Shown in pieces: positions 26,955 through 35,733 of a stretch of DNA of 64,000 nt. This DNA is from an uncultured Thermomicrobia bacterium (GTDB lineage Bacteria; Chloroflexota; Chloroflexia; Thermomicrobiales; JALYUS01), in assembly GCA_937968015.1 (NCBI GenBank), contig CALBSO010000095.1, forward strand, positions 10,302 to 74,301, in the 5' to 3' direction. How positions within the stretch are numbered: the first letter of the stretch is position 1; each line of letters opens with the position of its first letter. Under the pieces are notes generated by a model. That model did no database searches. It had not been told where the DNA came from and worked only from the letters and a program-made list of their open reading frames with translations. The position numbers and the translations under genes were made by a program.

Positions 26955-29171
26955 ATGGCGATAGTATCACAGGCAGATCAGGTCAACGACGCGACGCGCG
27001 AGGATGCGACCTTCCATCGCGCGATGGAGGCGCTCTTTCATCCGAAACGGATCGCGATTGTGGGGGCGACGCCGCGGCCGGGGTTCGCCTTTGGTATCCA
27101 TCGGTTAATTCTCGCGGGTGGCTACGAAGGCGACGTCTTCGGCGTGACGCCCCGGCATCAGGAAGTGCTCGGCTCGCCATGCTACCCGACACTCGACGCG
27201 ATTCCCGGCGGTGTGGACAAGGCGATCGTCGTCGTGCCGAGCCATCTCGTCCTCGATATTCTCGGCCAGGCGGAACGTGCCGGGGTGGGCGCGGTCAACA
27301 TCATCACCAGCGGCTTCGGTGAGCAAGCCGACGCGGAAGCGCACCAGCGGCAGCAGCAGATCGGCGATTTCGCACGGCGCACCGGCATTCGCGTCGTCGG
27401 GCCGAACTGCCTCGGCATCATCAGCACGCCTGCGAAGATGATCGCGAAAACCGGCGCGTACACGAATGTGCGGCGTGGCCCGATTGGTATCATCTTCCAG
27501 AGCGGCCTGCTCGCCTATAGCGCCGTGATCCCGCCGCAAGACCGGGAGTTCGGCTACACCTACGTCGTCACCACGGGCAACGAAGCGGACCTCGATGCGA
27601 CGGACTTCATGCGCTACTACGTCGAGGACGACGAGACGCGCGTCATCGGCTGCTTCATCGAGCAGTTCCGCTCGCCGGAGAAGTTCCTGCGGGTCGCCGA
27701 GATGGCGGCAGAGCGACAGAAACCGCTTGTCGTTCTCAAGGTCGGGCGTTCGGAGGCAGGCAAGCGGGCAGCGCAAGCGCACACCGGCTCACTCGTTGGC
27801 TCGGATGCAATCGCGGACGCGATCATGCGGCAGTATGGCGTCGTCCGCGTGTACAACCTCGATGAGATGATCGAGACGCTGGCGGTCTTCCACTCCAAGC
27901 GGCTGCCGAAAGGGCCGGGCCTCGGGACGATCTTCGTCTCCGGCGGTGCGTGCGGCCTCGTTGCGGACCTCAGCCAGGACCTCGGTATCTCGCTGCCGAC
28001 ACTGGCGCCGGAAACGGTCGCGAAACTGGCGCCGGTCATCCCGGAATATGGCACCGTCGGCAACCCGCTCGACACGACAGGGCAGGCGGCGACGCAACCG
28101 GAGATCATGGAAGGCTCGCTCGTCTCGATGGCGGAGGACCCGAATATCCATACCGTCATCTACGGCCAGGCGTACCCAAGCCGCGTTGACCTCCAGACGC
28201 CGACCGGCGAAGTGCTGCGGACGATGCCGGAGCGTTACCCGGACAAGTGCTTCTTCATCATGTCCCTCGTCGCCGGCCGTGTGCAGGAAGGCCGCCGGTA
28301 CGATCAGGAACCGGCCGAGCCAACGATGAAATGGGACGGCGTCCCGTTCTTGCAGGGCGCGGAGAATGGCCTGCGCGCGGTGCGCTCATTGATCCGCTAT
28401 GCGGAGTTTCAGCGGACGCGGCAAGCGGAGGCACGCCCGAGTGGAGCGGCGAGCGCCATGGCGGAACGGGCGCGGGCGCTCGTTGCCGCCGCGAATGGCA
28501 AGCCGCTTGTCGAGCGTGCCGCGAAGGAAGTCCTGGCGCTCTACGGCATCCCCGTCACGCGCGAGCGGATCGCCAAAACGGCGGATGCAGCAGTGTCGGC
28601 TGCACGGGAGATCGGCTACCCCGTCGTCCTCAAAATTGAATCGCCCGACATCGCCCACAAGACCGAGGCGGGCGGCGTCCTGCTCAATCTCGTGGACGAT
28701 GGCGCGGTCCGCGCGGGATTCAGTACGATCATCGCCAGCGCGCGGCAGTATAAGCCGGAGGCGGAGATCACAGGCGTGCTCGTGCAGGAGATGGTCTCCG
28801 GCGGGCGGGAACTGATCCTTGGCATGACGCGGGACCCGGCGTACGGCCCGGCGGTGGCGGTCGGGTTGGGCGGTATTTTCGTCGAGGTACTGAAGGATGT
28901 CGCGCTCGGTGTCCCGCCGCTGACGGAGCACGACAGCCGCGCGATGCTCGGCAGGCTGCGGGGCGTCGCGATCCTCGAGGGGACGCGCGGTGCGGCGCCC
29001 GCCGATACCGATGCCGTGGTGGACATCCTCGGCAAGTTCTCGCAACTCTGCCTCGATCTGCGCGACGTGGTCAGCGAGATTGATATCAACCCGTTGCTCG
29101 TCTTCGACCAAGGTGCGGGCGCGCGTGTGGTGGACTGCCTGATTGTGCCGGGAACGAACGGGGTAGAATGA
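26955..29171 (+). CDS. ADP-forming acyl/acetate-CoA ligase family protein (CoA-binding + ATP-grasp fusion)
   Basis: N-terminal CoA-binding domain (IAIVGATPRPG) and a C-terminal ATP-grasp (GYPVVLKIESPDIAHKTEAGGV). Start at MAIVSQ lies downstream of the hairpin. Confidence 0.85.
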   Translation: MAIVSQADQVNDATREDATFHRAMEALFHPKRIAIVGATPRPGFAFGIHRLILAGGYEGDVFGVTPRHQEVLGSPCYPTLDAIPGGVDKAIVVVPSHLVLDILGQAERAGVGAVNIITSGFGEQADAEAHQRQQQIGDFARRTGIRVVGPNCLGIISTPAKMIAKTGAYTNVRRGPIGIIFQSGLLAYSAVIPPQDREFGYTYVVTTGNEADLDATDFMRYYVEDDETRVIGCFIEQFRSPEKFLRVAEMAAERQKPLVVLKVGRSEAGKRAAQAHTGSLVGSDAIADAIMRQYGVVRVYNLDEMIETLAVFHSKRLPKGPGLGTIFVSGGACGLVADLSQDLGISLPTLAPETVAKLAPVIPEYGTVGNPLDTTGQAATQPEIMEGSLVSMAEDPNIHTVIYGQAYPSRVDLQTPTGEVLRTMPERYPDKCFFIMSLVAGRVQEGRRYDQEPAEPTMKWDGVPFLQGAENGLRAVRSLIRYAEFQRTRQAEARPSGAASAMAERARALVAAANGKPLVERAAKEVLALYGIPVTRERIAKTADAAVSAAREIGYPVVLKIESPDIAHKTEAGGVLLNLVDDGAVRAGFSTIIASARQYKPEAEITGVLVQEMVSGGRELILGMTRDPAYGPAVAVGLGGIFVEVLKDVALGVPPLTEHDSRAMLGRLRGVAILEGTRGAAPADTDAVVDILGKFSQLCLDLRDVVSEIDINPLLVFDQGAGARVVDCLIVPGTNGVE

Positions 29172-29761
29172 TACTCGGCGCGGTTGTGGGCCTCTTCGCG
29201 GATGTACATGGCGCGCATGGGACACTCAGCCGGGCCCTGGCTGCGTGCCGTGCCGAAGGAGTGGCGACGATCGCGCTCCTCGGCGATCTGGTGGATCGCA
29301 CTGAGCAGGCGGACGCCTGCGCGCTGGCGCTCGCGGAGTGGCACGTCGTCGGTGTCTACGGCAATCACGAGCGGGAAATCGCGCTCGCGGCGGCCCGACA
29401 GGAGGTGGAACTGCGTGGTGAAACGATCCGATTGCTTAGTGACCTGCGCGAACGTGTCGTGATCGAAGATGTCTGCCTCACACATGAGGGAGACGAGTGG
29501 GGGCAGGTGAATCCGCTCTTGCGCGTGCTGGGCGCGCCGGAAGTGCCCGCGCATGCCCCCGATGCCCGGATCACATTCGCCGGGCACACGCATTACCGGC
29601 ACGCGCGTGACGAGCGCGGGGCGATAGACATCGCGCGCGGCAGGCTGACGCTCGATCCGCGCCGCCGCTATCTGATTAATCCTGGCGCGCTGGCTTCCGG
29701 CCAGTTCGCTATTTGGGACCGCACGACACAGGTGATCCAGTTCCGTCAGGTCGAGCACTAA
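29168..29761 (+). CDS. Metallophosphoesterase-family protein
   Basis: DVHG..., GDLVD and GNHE motifs in the canonical order. ATGA overlap with the upstream gene. Confidence 0.7.
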   Translation: MILGAVVGLFADVHGAHGTLSRALAACRAEGVATIALLGDLVDRTEQADACALALAEWHVVGVYGNHEREIALAAARQEVELRGETIRLLSDLRERVVIEDVCLTHEGDEWGQVNPLLRVLGAPEVPAHAPDARITFAGHTHYRHARDERGAIDIARGRLTLDPRRRYLINPGALASGQFAIWDRTTQVIQFRQVEH

Positions 29762-29772
29762 AGGGAGGACGT

Positions 29773-30801
29773 ATGGGTAAACTGGACGGAAAATCGGCAC
29801 TCGTCACGGGGGCAGGGCGCGGCATTGGGCGCGCAATCGCGCTCTTGCTCGCGCAGGAGGGCGCGTCGGTCGTCGTCAACGATCTCGGCACCGGGCTTGG
29901 CGGCGAGGGAAAAGACGAATCGGTCGCGCAGCAACTCGTCAATGAGATCAAGGCGGCGGGCGGCAGCGCCGTCGCCAATACCGGCTCCGTCGCGGACTAT
30001 GACGCGGCGGGAGAAATGGTTCAGCAGGCGATTGATAACTTCGGCAAACTCGACATTCTCGTCAATGTCGCGGGCATCCTGCGCGACCGGATGATCTTCA
30101 ACATGAGCGAAGCGGAGTGGGACATCGTCCTCGCGGTGCATTTGAACGGCGCCTTCAACACCTCCCGTCACGCATCGGCGCACTTCCGCGAGCGGGGAAG
30201 CGGCCGGATCATCAACTTCTCCAGCGTCTCAGCGTGGGGCAGCCCCGGCCAGCCGAACTACGGCGCGGCGAAGTACGGCATCCTCGGCTTCACCGCCGTC
30301 CTCGCGAACAGCCTCGCCAAGTACGGCGTGACGGCGAACGCCATCCTTCCCGGCGCGACGACGCGCATGATTGACTCGACCCCGCGCGGTCAGCAGTTCG
30401 CGCAGGAACACGAAGGCAAGATGCCGAGCGAATTAGCGGAGGGGACCGAGGGTGACCCAGCGAATGTCGCGCCGATGGTTGCATATCTCGCGACGGACGA
30501 CGCGGCAAACGTGAACGGGCAATTCTTCGGTGTGCGCGGCAACATTATCCAGTTGTACTCCCACTGGGAACTCGCGGACGTCTTTCAGGCCGAGCGGCGG
30601 TGGAAGGCGTCCGAACTGGCGGAACTCGTCCCCAAACACGTCGCCGACGTGGTGAAATTGCCTGAGCCGGTGCAGTTGCCGGGGATGGAGCGGCCGGCGC
30701 GCGGCACCGCCGCCATGCAGGCGGACCCGGCGAGTTGGCACGAGGTCGCGCCCGGCGTGGAACTGTGGGAGCGCCGCGCGTACTACGACGCGAAGAAGTG
30801 A
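29773..30801 (+). CDS. SDR-family oxidoreductase, MFE-2/Hsd4A-like 3-hydroxyacyl-CoA dehydrogenase type
   Basis: TGAGRGIGRA cofactor motif, NVAG, YGAAK catalytic motif, and a ~90-aa C-terminal extension. AAGGGAGGA RBS. Confidence 0.85.
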   Translation: MGKLDGKSALVTGAGRGIGRAIALLLAQEGASVVVNDLGTGLGGEGKDESVAQQLVNEIKAAGGSAVANTGSVADYDAAGEMVQQAIDNFGKLDILVNVAGILRDRMIFNMSEAEWDIVLAVHLNGAFNTSRHASAHFRERGSGRIINFSSVSAWGSPGQPNYGAAKYGILGFTAVLANSLAKYGVTANAILPGATTRMIDSTPRGQQFAQEHEGKMPSELAEGTEGDPANVAPMVAYLATDDAANVNGQFFGVRGNIIQLYSHWELADVFQAERRWKASELAELVPKHVADVVKLPEPVQLPGMERPARGTAAMQADPASWHEVAPGVELWERRAYYDAKK

Positions 30802-30815
30802 GGGGGGAACGGGTA

Positions 30816-31829
30816 ATGGGACTCCTTGATGGAAAAGTCGCGCTCATCACCGGCGCGGGCCGGGGAATCGGCCGGGGTGTCGCGCTCCTGCTCGCGCAGG
30901 AAGGCGCGTCGCTCGTCGTCAACGATCTCGGCGCCAGCCTCGATGGACAAGGGGTAGATTCCGGCCCCGCCGCGACGGTAGCGGCGGAGATTCAGGCGGC
31001 GGGCGGCAATGCGGTCGCGAATACCGATTCGGTTACCGATTACGAGGCCGCCGAGGGGATGATCCAGCAGGCGGTGGACGCCTACGGCAAGATTGACATC
31101 GTCGTCAATGTCGCGGGTATCCTGCGCGACCGGATGATCTTCAACATGGCCGAGGAGGAATGGCAAGCGGTAATCAATGTTCACCTGAAGGGGACATTCA
31201 ATACCTGCCGCCATGCATCGGTGCGTTTCCGCGAGCAGCGATCGGGCCGACTGATTAACTTCTCGTCCACATCGGCGTTCGGCGCGCCGGGTCAGCCGAA
31301 CTATGCCGCCGCGAAGGCGGGCATCATTGGCCTGACGCTCAGTTGCGCGAATGGCCTCGCGCGGTATGGCGTGACCGCGAACGCCATTCTGCCGACCGGC
31401 CACACGCGGATGATTGACTCGATCCCGCGCGCGCGGGAGGCGGTCGCCCATACAGGTAAGTTGCCGAGCGAACTCGCCGTCGGAACCGAGCGCGACCCGG
31501 ACAATGTCGCGCCGCTGATTGCCTTCCTTGCCAGTGATGCCGCACAGGAGATCAACGGGCACATCTTCGGTTCCTTCGGCTATAACGTCGCCCTGATGGC
31601 GCAGCCGAAGATCATCAAGACCCTGCGCGCCGACCATCGCTGGACGGTCGAGGAACTCTGCACGGTGATCCCGCGAGCCTTCAGCCCCGATCTCGAGGAG
31701 CAGAAGAACCGGTCGAACTTCGGCACGGAGATTGAGGCGATCCCGGCGGGCAAGTGGGTGGACGTTGGCAATGGCCTCAGTTTCTGGGGCACGAAGATCG
31801 AACCGTACCATGAACTGACGTGGGTTTAG
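30816..31829 (+). CDS. SDR-family oxidoreductase, paralog of the preceding gene
   Basis: TGAGRGIGRG, NVAG and YAAAK motifs; same architecture as 29773-30801. Confidence 0.85.
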   Translation: MGLLDGKVALITGAGRGIGRGVALLLAQEGASLVVNDLGASLDGQGVDSGPAATVAAEIQAAGGNAVANTDSVTDYEAAEGMIQQAVDAYGKIDIVVNVAGILRDRMIFNMAEEEWQAVINVHLKGTFNTCRHASVRFREQRSGRLINFSSTSAFGAPGQPNYAAAKAGIIGLTLSCANGLARYGVTANAILPTGHTRMIDSIPRAREAVAHTGKLPSELAVGTERDPDNVAPLIAFLASDAAQEINGHIFGSFGYNVALMAQPKIIKTLRADHRWTVEELCTVIPRAFSPDLEEQKNRSNFGTEIEAIPAGKWVDVGNGLSFWGTKIEPYHELTWV

Positions 31830-31833
31830 GGGA

Positions 31834-31904
31834 GTAGCGAGTAGCGAGTAACGAGTAACGAGACGGCACAAACCACTCGTTACTCGTTACTCGCTACTCG
31901 CTAC
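31834..31904. repeat. Perfect 29-bp-stem hairpin made of tandem heptamers (GTAGCGA x2, GTAACGA x2)
   Basis: GTAGCGAGTAGCGAGTAACGAGTAACGAG-(13 nt)-CTCGTTACTCGTTACTCGCTACTCGCTAC. Confidence 0.9.
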
Positions 31905-31922
31905 GAGAAAGGTGGGCAGCGC

Positions 31923-33074
31923 ATGGAGAGTATTTCGGGGAAGACGGCCATCGTTGGGGTGGCGGAGTCGGACCAGATCGGGCGGGTGCCGGACAAGCCG
32001 GCGATTATGCTGCACGCCGAGGCGGCGCGCTCCGCGCTGGCGGAGGCGGGGCTGACCAAGAACGACGTGGATGGACTCTTCACGGCCGGTATCTCGACGC
32101 TCGAACTCGGTGAGTACCTCGGCATCGAGCCGAGGGTGACGGATACGACGGCGGTCGGCGGATCGTCGTTCGTCATCCACATCGCGCATGCGGCGACGGC
32201 GATTGCGACCGGCCGATGCGAGGTGGCGCTCGTCACACATGGTGAAAGTGGCCGCTCTCGTGTTGGTATGGCCGGCCCCGCGGTCGCGCGGGATGCGCTT
32301 CGCAATCAGTTCGAAGCGCCGTTCGGCCTGCCGCAGCCCGTCGGTGCATACGCGATGGCCTGCTCGCGCCACATGTATGAATACGGCACGACGAAGGAGC
32401 AACTGGCGGAAATCGCCGTCGCCACTCGGAAATGGGCGATGCTCAATCCGAAAGCGATGATGCGCGACCCAATCACGATCGAGGACGTGCTGAACTCCCG
32501 CGTGATCTCATGGCCATTCAACCTGCTCGACTGTTGCCTCGTCACAGATGCGGGCGGCGCATACGTGATGACCTCGATCGAACGGGCGCGCGACCTGAAG
32601 CAGACCCCGATCGCTGTGCTCGGTGTCGGCGAGGGGCACGATCACGCGATGATCTCGCAAATGCCGAGTCTGACCGCTTTCGCGGCGCGGCACTCCGGGC
32701 GACGCGCCTTCGAGATGGCGGGCGTCAAGCACGCCGATCTCGACCTGGCAATGATTTACGACTCATTCACGTACACCGTGCTGCTCTCGCTCGAAGAACT
32801 TGGCTTCTGCGCCAAGGGCGAAGGTGGCGCGTTCGTTAGCGGCCAGCGCACCGCACCGGGTGGCGACTTCCCGATGAACACGAACGGCGGCGGTCTCTCC
32901 TATAATCATCCCGGCATGTACGGGATGTTCGCGATCATCGAAGCGGTGCGCCAACTGCGGCACGATTACCAGGACCAGGGTATCCGGCAGGTGAAGGACG
33001 CGAAACTGGCGGTCGTCCACGGCACGGGCGGTGTGCTCTCGTCGGCTGGTACCGCAATCCTCGGGAGGGTATAA
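31923..33074 (+). CDS. Thiolase-like protein, SCP-x/lipid-transfer (Ltp) type
   Basis: Thiolase-fold length and motifs (NTNGGGLS, HGTGG near the C-terminus). It is paired with a DUF35 gene. Confidence 0.85.
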   Translation: MESISGKTAIVGVAESDQIGRVPDKPAIMLHAEAARSALAEAGLTKNDVDGLFTAGISTLELGEYLGIEPRVTDTTAVGGSSFVIHIAHAATAIATGRCEVALVTHGESGRSRVGMAGPAVARDALRNQFEAPFGLPQPVGAYAMACSRHMYEYGTTKEQLAEIAVATRKWAMLNPKAMMRDPITIEDVLNSRVISWPFNLLDCCLVTDAGGAYVMTSIERARDLKQTPIAVLGVGEGHDHAMISQMPSLTAFAARHSGRRAFEMAGVKHADLDLAMIYDSFTYTVLLSLEELGFCAKGEGGAFVSGQRTAPGGDFPMNTNGGGLSYNHPGMYGMFAIIEAVRQLRHDYQDQGIRQVKDAKLAVVHGTGGVLSSAGTAILGRV

Positions 33075-33076
33075 CG

Positions 33077-33496
33077 ATGGCCGACTACAAGAAACCGCTG
33101 CCGCAATCTGACCCGGTCACCGCGCCGTACTGGGAGAGCCTGAAGGCGCACCAGATGAAGGTTCAGCGGTGCAATGATACCGGCAAGTTCTTCTTCTATC
33201 CGCGCGGCATGAGCCCGTACACGCTTTCGGACAATCTCTCGTGGGAGCCGGTTTCGGGCAAGGGCGTCCTCCATGCCTTCACGATTGTCCACGTCAATCG
33301 CGCGCCCGGCTTCGGAGATGAACTGCCCTACGTCGTCGCGCTGATTGAACTGGATGAGGGCGTGCGGCTGATGTCGAACTTGATTGATGTGCAGCCCGAC
33401 CCGGATCATGTCAAGATCGGCATGCCCGTCGAACTCGTCTATGACGACGTGACGGACGAAATCACGCTGCCCAAATTCCGCCCCACGCAGGCTTAA
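33077..33496 (+). CDS. DUF35 OB-fold / Zn-ribbon acyl-CoA-associated protein
   Basis: ~139 aa with a typical N-terminus (PYWESLKAHQMKVQRC). It follows the thiolase-like gene after a 2-bp gap. Confidence 0.8.
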   Translation: MADYKKPLPQSDPVTAPYWESLKAHQMKVQRCNDTGKFFFYPRGMSPYTLSDNLSWEPVSGKGVLHAFTIVHVNRAPGFGDELPYVVALIELDEGVRLMSNLIDVQPDPDHVKIGMPVELVYDDVTDEITLPKFRPTQA

Positions 33497-33504
33497 TGGG
33501 TCTG

Positions 33505-33599
33505 AACCGGCAAGGCGCCAAGAACACCAAGAGGGAGACGAAAGGATTCGCGTATCCCTTCTCCGTCTCTTCTCAGTATTTCTTGGCGCCTTGGCGGTT
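33505..33599. terminator. Long imperfect hairpin between convergent genes (AACCGGCAAGGCGCCAAGAA ... TTCTTGGCGCCTTGGCGGTT)
   Basis: 20-bp outer stem with one mismatch, plus inner GAGACG/CGTCTC pairing. It is a candidate bidirectional terminator. Confidence 0.6.
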
Positions 33600-33614
33600 G
33601 AATGAGTCCCCGTT

Positions 33615-34655
33615 TCAACGCGTTTGCGATGCCGAGATAACAGTGCGGAGGGCATTGAGCGCGCGGAGGTAGTCGTCGCTTGGGGCGACGGGGTTCGCAG
33701 GGAGCGGGAAGCCGATGCAGTCCACCAACCCGGCATACCGCTCCGCGATGCCGGGGACGACCTCAGCGTAGGTGTCGGAGACGCAGAACTCGTCCAGCAC
33801 ATCATCAGGGACGACGGTGGCGAGGTCGCTCCAGCGCTGCTGCGCGATCAGGCGACGCAGGTCACCGTTCATCGCTTCCCAGCCATGGTGTTCAAGGACG
33901 GGGAGATAGGTGCGGGTCGAGGCATAGAAGGCGATCCGGTAGCGCGCCTGCTCCCGCGCGGCGTGGACGTCTTCTTCCGTCGCGCCAGTGGCGATGAAGC
34001 CGCCGCCGATCATCTCGAAGGTTTCCAATGACCGCCCTGACTTCTTCGCGCCGATTTCGACATTCGGCCAGATGACCTCACGCGTGTACGCGGGCGTCGA
34101 GAACGGGTGGATACGCAGGCCGTCGCAGAGTTCTCCGGCGAGTTGGATGTTATAGGAGTTCACTGCGGCAATCTGGATGCCGGGTGGCGGCACGTCGAGC
34201 GATGCGGGGCTGAACTCCGGCGTCATCAGGTCCATCGCGTAGAACTCGCCCTTGAAGTTGAGCGGCGTCTTGTGCTGCCACGTCTCCCAGATCGCCCGAA
34301 GACCGAGGATATAGTCACGCAGGCGTGGGCCGGGAGAGCCCCAGACCGTGCTGAACCGTCGTTCGATGTGCCCCTTGACTTGTGTGCCAAGCCCGAGGAC
34401 GAACCGCCCGTTCGACATCTCCTGCAGATTCCACGCCGTGTAGGCGTTCGCCATCGGGCTGCGCGGGAAGGCGATGGCGACCGATGTGACGAGGCGGGCG
34501 CGCTCGGTTGATGTGCTGGCAAGCGTGAGGGGCAGGAAAGGATCGCGCCGCAGTTCCGGCTGGGCGATGCTATCGAAGCCGAGGGCCTCAATGGTGCGTG
34601 CGTACGCCGGAATCTCCAACCACGGGATGTCGGGCAGGCTCGCTTCAAGTCGCAT
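33615..34655 (-). CDS. LLM-class (luciferase-like) F420/flavin-dependent oxidoreductase
   Basis: TIM-barrel LLM pattern (FDSIAQPE, RFVLGLGTQVKGH). GGAGGATGA RBS. Confidence 0.8.
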   Translation of the reverse strand: MRLEASLPDIPWLEIPAYARTIEALGFDSIAQPELRRDPFLPLTLASTSTERARLVTSVAIAFPRSPMANAYTAWNLQEMSNGRFVLGLGTQVKGHIERRFSTVWGSPGPRLRDYILGLRAIWETWQHKTPLNFKGEFYAMDLMTPEFSPASLDVPPPGIQIAAVNSYNIQLAGELCDGLRIHPFSTPAYTREVIWPNVEIGAKKSGRSLETFEMIGGGFIATGATEEDVHAAREQARYRIAFYASTRTYLPVLEHHGWEAMNGDLRRLIAQQRWSDLATVVPDDVLDEFCVSDTYAEVVPGIAERYAGLVDCIGFPLPANPVAPSDDYLRALNALRTVISASQTR

Positions 34656-34904
34656 GGCTTCATCATCCTCCGCGAAGTGTCATGGCGCGTCACGCGCAAC
34701 CGGGTCGCCGGGCCGGGAGCGCAAGGATACTTCGTCGGCGATGATCTGGCTATGGAGAATGGCCGGCGGCGTGGCGTGACGACGTTGTAACGGAGGGCAT
34801 CGTTCCCTGACACTGCCGCGTCATGATCGCCCCGCATGATCGCATCGAAGCGGCCCCACATGCGGGTCGGGCAGCGATGCGTCATTAGCGGGGATCGAGG
34901 AACA

Positions 34905-35177
34905 ATGAGCGATGAGCACAGCAACCGCCGTCCAGAGCAGACGGAAATGAGTACGGGCGGTGAAGCGGACGAGAAGCGCTGGCGGTACCGGCTCACCGTT
35001 CATCGTATCGCTCATGCCCGCCTGCGGGACGAACTGGTGATCGGCCTGAGCGGCAGCTTGGCGACATGGGTCGCACTACGGGAGACGACCGCGCACTGCG
35101 CGCTCTCGCCGACTGAATCGGCATGTCTGCTTGCCAGCCTCCAGTCAGCCACCGGACAGACCGCTCCACGTCCATGA
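34905..35177 (+). CDS. Possible small hypothetical protein
   Basis: GC3-rich frame with a GAGGAA RBS-like element. No recognisable family. It lies in the otherwise unassigned 640 bp before attL. Confidence 0.25.
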   Translation: MSDEHSNRRPEQTEMSTGGEADEKRWRYRLTVHRIAHARLRDELVIGLSGSLATWVALRETTAHCALSPTESACLLASLQSATGQTAPRP

Positions 35178-35294
35178 GTGCCTGCTCCGCCGTCGCCATC
35201 AGATGGATATGACATTCGTGTCACTGCCCGGCCTCAGCAGCATGACTTGGCGGGCAGGCAACGTCTCTGCGGATTTTTCTTGCAATAGAAGGGA

Positions 35295-35339
35295 TGGAGC
35301 CCTGAATCGGACTTGAACCGATGACCTCATTCTTACCAA
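35295..35339 (-). repeat. attL: displaced copy of the 3' 45 nt of tRNA-Thr(GGU)
   Basis: It is identical to 55957-56001 (TGGAGCCCTGAATCGGACTTGAACCGATGACCTCATTCTTACCAA). Diverged tRNA-like sequence continues to ~35372. Confidence 0.85.
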
Positions 35340-35365
35340 ATATCCCGCTCTAAACGCTGTAGCGG

Positions 35366-35605
35366 TCATGCCAGTTTCCCCTGTACACCAAAGGAATTAT
35401 CGGATTTGCGTTCGAGCGTTTTCTGTTCAGTTATCGTGTCGTAAAATGCCTCTATGTTCTCGATGATTCTGTGCATTCCTACGTATGGAACCTGCCTCCA
35501 TGCTCCACTATCGATCAAGAGATGTTCTGACCCTTCACCGATCGGGGGATTGGTGGTGGGGCAGTTTGGGCTATAGCGCTCCATCAAGACAGAAAAAATC
35601 GTCAA
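35366..35605 (-). CDS. Hypothetical protein (low-GC, island-borne)
   Basis: 79-aa ORF divergent from the WYL gene. No family recognised. Confidence 0.3.
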   Translation of the reverse strand: MTIFSVLMERYSPNCPTTNPPIGEGSEHLLIDSGAWRQVPYVGMHRIIENIEAFYDTITEQKTLERKSDNSFGVQGKLA

Positions 35606-35733
35606 ACTGATCCACTGCTCTCCTTACAACGGGAAGCATTGCCTTCCCCTTGCATCCGGTAAACTACTGGTAATCGGACACCGACCACCATATTTCTGCG
35701 ACACCAAAGGGGCGGGGAAGGAAAAAGAGGACG

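Noticed and set aside
28616-29800. 394-aa minus-strand ORF, and the 4030-5451 plus-strand ORF
   Set aside because: They are antisense to the CoA-ligase/phosphoesterase genes and to acs respectively. No motifs were found.
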